DNA of 63,840 bases, the filler included, from Craspedostauros australis (Eukaryota): NCBI GenBank assembly GCA_030167865.1. It is 16 parts of 16 records of this genome, joined end to end, with 100 filler letters (N's around TTAATTAATTAA, not from the genome) between each part and the next. Parts side by side here need not be neighbours in the genome. Positions count along the whole stretch, not along the records: positions 57,587 to 59,907 come from JALAGF010000778.1; positions 60,008 to 62,446 come from JALAGF010000780.1; positions 62,547 to 63,840 come from JALAGF010000785.1; 13 more parts are not named here. The stretch is one strand, 5' to 3'. Within the stretch, counting starts at the first letter, position 1. Every line of letters starts with the position of its first letter. A program made the position numbers and the translations under genes. This document shows positions 59,172-63,840 of the stretch, piece after piece. The notes below the pieces were generated by a model that was not told where the DNA came from, made no database searches, and was given only the letters and a program-made list of their open reading frames with translations.

Positions 59172-60007
59172 GTATTATTGTATTAGAGCGCGCAATGTCA
59201 AGCACTCATGGAGGACGACTTGCATTGGTCCTGATAACATTTAGTGTGCCAGCAGTAATGTTTGCAGATCAGAGCCAGATTCTGCTTGGACTGTTGATCG
59301 CAACGGAAGCGACCCTTTCTGAATGGTGCCCACGTCTATCAATTCTCGCCGAGTAACTATCCGCGCATTGCCGATCCTGAAACCAACTAGATCGAGAGTT
59401 TCTTCAAATGTAAAATGACTTTGTAGACGCATCATCACCAATGCATTGAACTGCTGCGCTATGTGTTGTTGGATATGATCTCGCGCCGCATGAATTTGAA
59501 GACAAGGTCGTACATGTTTAAATCTCGGAGCACGGTCTCTTCAAGTGTCATGAAGTCATCATCAACGCATGTTATGGCAACAAACCACATTCACTCTCTC
59601 TAGTGTCTTTTGGCTTGGGTGGAGGCCAATTTTTTTGGTAACCATTGGTAACAATTGGTAACTAGTCGTATGAGTCAATTTCGCCGTAGACGCTGGTACA
59701 TTTTGTACGTCAGTCCCACNNNNNNNNNNCCAAAAAACACCTTTTCTGCCACAAACCTCCTCGGCAAGTTCATGCCGCTCCATTTGTTTGAGCTCTCCTT
59801 TTGTGAGCATTCGCATATGTGGATTTTAATCACCCTCTCCAAGTTTGGCGGCGATTGGATGGGTAGTTGTCGAGATCTACTCGTTTCTCTGGGGCCACCA
59901 CTCCATANNNNNNNNNNNNNNNNNNNNNNNNNNNNNNNNNNNNNNNNNNNNTTAATTAATTAANNNNNNNNNNNNNNNNNNNNNNNNNNNNNNNNNNNNN
60001 NNNNNNN

Positions 60008-62446
60008 CCCGTTGCCAACACACGCAAGGCATTGACCGATGACGTGTCTGCCTACGATGACCTGTCTGATGCCCTGCGGCACCAACACCATCAACGGCTG
60101 AACCAGACTGCTCCAGATGCTCAGAACGTCCATGATGTGGGATTCCGAACCAAGGCAAAGCATGTCATCGACGACCCGGCCAAGCTACAGCCCTATCTGG
60201 GATGGCGCAACATACGGATTATCCAAGAGACAGTCAAACGAACAACACAAAACTGCAAAGCCGTCATCCGTTGGCCGATGATTCGACACCTTCGCTCACG
60301 CTTTGCTTGGATGCGACGCCCACGTCTCCGTGAGGTGGTGGCCACTGACACCTTCTTTTCCAATGTCCCCTCCTATGGTGAAAACTACACATGTGTCCAG
60401 GTTTTCTTTGGCACTTCATCTCACGTCATCAATGTCATTGGCCTACGGTCCAAACAACAGGCCCATGATGCCATCAACTACTTCATTCGTGATGAAGGTG
60501 CACCCTGGGCGTTTCGGATGGATAACGCTGGCGAACAAACTGGGGAGAAGGTTGACGCCATCCTCCGTGAACTGCACATCGGCGTGGAGCTATCCGAACC
60601 AGACTATCAGAATCAGAATCCCGCTGAACTCCGTGCCGTCAAGTGGCTGAAGACGAACGTGCACGCCATCCTTGACCGTTCAGGGGCACCGCCACGTGCT
60701 TGGTTTCATGCAGCCAAGTATGCAGCGGATGTACACAACATCACCTCCGACCAATCACTCCGGTACAACATCCCCCTCACCATCCGTCATGGGGAAACTG
60801 TTGACATCTCACCCTTCCTTTGCTTTCGTTTCTTTGAGAAAGTTTACTATCACGATCCCACTGGCGCCTTCCCTGACCCCAAAGAGCGGACTGGATATTG
60901 GCTGGGTGTGGCTCCATCATGCGGGGATGCTCTGACGTACTTCGTACTCACGGACCACTCTCAACGCGTGCTTGTGCGGAGCGTCGTGCGCCCCTTTCGC
61001 ACCAATGCAACCAACCACCGCCTTTCCTTTCATCCCGAGCTCGATCCCGGTCGCCACCACTCACCACCGCCGTTGCCGCTCGTTCTTGGCGCACAACGCA
61101 TGCCTACCAGCCGTCGCCTTCTCCAATACCGCAAACCTGCCCGTGTTCCTCGAGACCGGCCTCCACCTTCCCGTCTGCCCCTTGGTGAGCCTCGTTCCAA
61201 TCCCGTCCTTCCGCAGTCTTCCCCGGCTTCGACCTCGCGGCCATCACCGGCGAAAGGGGGGGTTCCTGCTGTTCCTTCGGCTCTTTCTGTTCCACGCAAA
61301 CCCAATGCATCACGCTCTCCTCGGGGAACTCAACGACGGACGTCCCAACGCATCCAGGATCGTGGAGACCCAACACCATGGAAGACCAGAATGACCCGGA
61401 CACAGGTCAAAGCGATTACACTGGCGGCAACACAGTACGACCAGCCTGTACAAATTGGGCCAGACACCTTCCTTGGCGTGTCACAGAAGCAAGGGACAGG
61501 CATCCGTCATGGCAATCGCTTCTACCCCGTCAACACAACACCTTCACATGCCATGATGCTCCGTGATGCACAACCTCGTCGCATCCGTGCTGGACTGAAC
61601 GACACCGAAATGGCCCAACTGAACCTTGTGACAGCCCTCGATGCCATCGCCGCAACAACGAGCGACACNGATAACACAAGCATGAACAACATGATCCAGT
61701 CAGTTGTGACACATCGACATCCTGACATGGTACGTGTGAAGTGGCGCNACAACAGCCAGTCATGGCATCATGTGGATGAAGTCCGACTCCAGGACCCATA
61801 TGCACTTGTCCAGTACGCACTGTCATGGGGACTGGAACATACCACACCTTTCCAATGGATCCCGCGATTTCAAATGGACACAGTCTTGGTACAAGCAGCC
61901 AGCAAGCCATCCGCAAAACCCAAGAACCGATACAAGTTTGGTGTGCTTGTTCCCAACAACGTCCGACACGCCCTCTACCTCGATCGAATGAATGGCGACC
62001 ATCAATGGAAGGAAGCAATTGACAAGGAGCTTCGCCAAATCAATGACTACAAGACATTCCGCTTACCCCGCGAGGACGATGACTTGACGACATACCAGCA
62101 CATCCCGTACCACATCATCTTCGACGTCAAGTTTGACCTACGGCGCAAGGCCCGCCTTGTTGCGAACGGCAACATGTCAGATCCCACCATCGAGGATGTC
62201 TACTCCGGGGTTGTCGCCTTTGAAACCATGAGGATTGCATTCGTCATTGCAGCCATGAACGATCTTCAGGTATGTGCTGGTGATGTGGGAAACGCCTTCT
62301 TGTATGCACAGACAAAGGAGCGCTGTTATGTCACCGCTGGCCCAGAATTCGGGAACCTTGCTGGACGACCCCTCATCATTCACAAGGGTCTGTACGGTCT
62401 GCGAACATCGAGTGCACGCTTTCATGAACATTTGGCGCAGTCTTTC
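60008..62446 (+). mobile_element. CoDi-type Copia pol fragment (integrase, chromo-like segment, RT N-half)
   Basis: VATDTFFS, MDNAGEQ, SEPDYQNQNPAE; YKFGVLVP...WKEAIDKEL; FDVKFDLRRKARLVA; DVGNAFL; KGLYGLRTS. Confidence 0.93.
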
Positions 62447-62851
62447 NNNNNNNNNNNNNNNNNNNNNNNNNNNNNNNNNNNNNNNNNNNNTTAATTAATT
62501 AANNNNNNNNNNNNNNNNNNNNNNNNNNNNNNNNNNNNNNNNNNNNGTGAGCGAATGCTGGGAATGGTTTTCTGATGGAATGCATGTCAACGCGGAAGGA
62601 AGCATGCAGCTGTGCGCACAAGGGATTCAGTGCATCGGCTTCTCTACTTGGTGTCGCTCTGTATGCTGTGGCGGAGTGTCTTGTGCGTGGAGAGAGGAAT
62701 GGATGGATGCATGCATTGAAGGATGGATCGGCGAATTGGATCGGCGAAAGTATCGACGAATGGGTGGGTTGATGTGTTGCGANATGTGAGGGGTTGCGGG
62801 AAAGAAGGTATGGAATGTGGAAATATGCAGAGACGAAAGAATGGGTGAGTA

Positions 62852-63138
62852 TCATTTTCCCGCGTCGTCGTTGCCGTTGCGGCTGTTGCTGTTCTTGCCG
62901 TCGCCGTCATTGTTGTTGTTGTTGTTGTTGTGGTTGGTGTCGGTGTTGGTGTTGTGGTTCTGGTGGTGTCGAGCTTCGGACATGGCATTGACGAGAGACC
63001 TGACATCGGATGAGAGTTGCATTTGCGACTCGCGCAACTGCGAGGTCTCGCGCTGCATCCGGTTCCTATCCTCCTCCAGATGGCGGTTCATGTTGAGCAT
63101 CATTTGTTGCTGATTCAACATGAGCTGGAGGAGATCGC

Positions 63139-63187
<49 letters not shown>

Positions 63188-63840
63188 GGTGGTGGTGGTG
63201 TTGCCATCATTGGAAGCCGCTGCCCCCACAGTTGGAGCGAGTGGAGAAGCGGCGAGCGATGCTGCAATCGGAGAATTTTCTCCGCGTTCCGCACGAATCG
63301 GAGGCGTGGCCGTAGCGAGCCATGCCTGAAACTGACGCTGAGTTTCGTCGAGCTTCTCCAGGAGACCAACTGTGCACTGGATCTGCTGCTTGGCATTTCG
63401 CACTTGGTTCGGGGAAGTCGCCACCTCCACAGACGACAAACTCGAGGTCGTGTCGTCGCCATTGCTCGCCACCACATTCTGTTGCCGCGCCGTTTCCGCT
63501 GCTCCACGCGCAGCCACATTCTGTTTCCGCGCCGTTGCTGCTGCTCCAGCTTGTGTCTGCGTTTGAGGAGGGCGCAGTCCTAGCATGCGATACTGCTGCC
63601 TTGCAGTGATCCTCTTGCGCCCAGCAATTCTTGTCTGCGATGCAATGACATCGTCAATGTACTCCTGGCGCTCCTGCTGCAGGGCAGTGAGGTCGTCCAG
63701 CCACAATTTCACACTCTCAGCCATGCCGCTCCTGCGAGGATGGGTGTGATTGTACAGAGCTGTGAACTTCATGAGATTTTCGAATCTCCCCTTCAGCCCT
63801 TTCTCTTGTGGGACAGTGGGGAAGACTGTCGAATTCTCAA
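62852..63840 (-). CDS. Partial protein with possible Myb/SANT-like N-terminus, coiled coil and poly-T/poly-N tracts
   Basis: Frame open to the window edge: ...KGLKGRFENLMKF...PRRSG..ESVKLWLDDL; (ACC)n/(AAC)n tracts. Confidence 0.5.

Noticed and set aside
59200..59907. Broken minus-strand ORFs downstream of the P450
   Set aside because: Fragmented and unidentifiable.

Overview
Eukaryotic genomic DNA, most likely from a pennate diatom. This is inferred from bipartite ASAFAP-type plastid-targeting peptides, CoDi-like Copia elements and GT-AG introns. The window is a scaffold of about 16 contigs joined by 15 artificial 100-bp spacers (N44-TTAATTAATTAA-N44), so adjacency across spacers is uncertain. 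Host genes: plastid PAP/fibrillin, nucleolin-like RRM protein, a partial sulfotransferase-like protein, two ankyrin proteins (one ankyrin-BTB), a P-loop NTPase, a PsbP-like lumen protein (partial), four co-oriented low-complexity Trp-motif proteins (33-42 kb), UPF1, an Mpv17/PMP22 protein, a SAM methyltransferase and a cytochrome P450. The 6.6-26 kb region is a nested transposon graveyard of an APE LINE, Copia gag/pol pieces and at least three LTR families. Three things stand out. (i) An intact-looking DIRS-class retrotransposon (50.7-57.5 kb) whose pol ORF begins with a complete but apparently catalytically dead C5-cytosine-methyltransferase fold, uses HCDD in RT, and ends in a Dam-like remnant. 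(ii) A ~200-bp insertion carrying a complete tRNA-derived Pol III unit. (iii) The Trp-motif gene cluster, including a WASP-like architecture and a fusion to a prokaryote-type TIM barrel. All domain calls are from motif recognition by eye; no searches were run.
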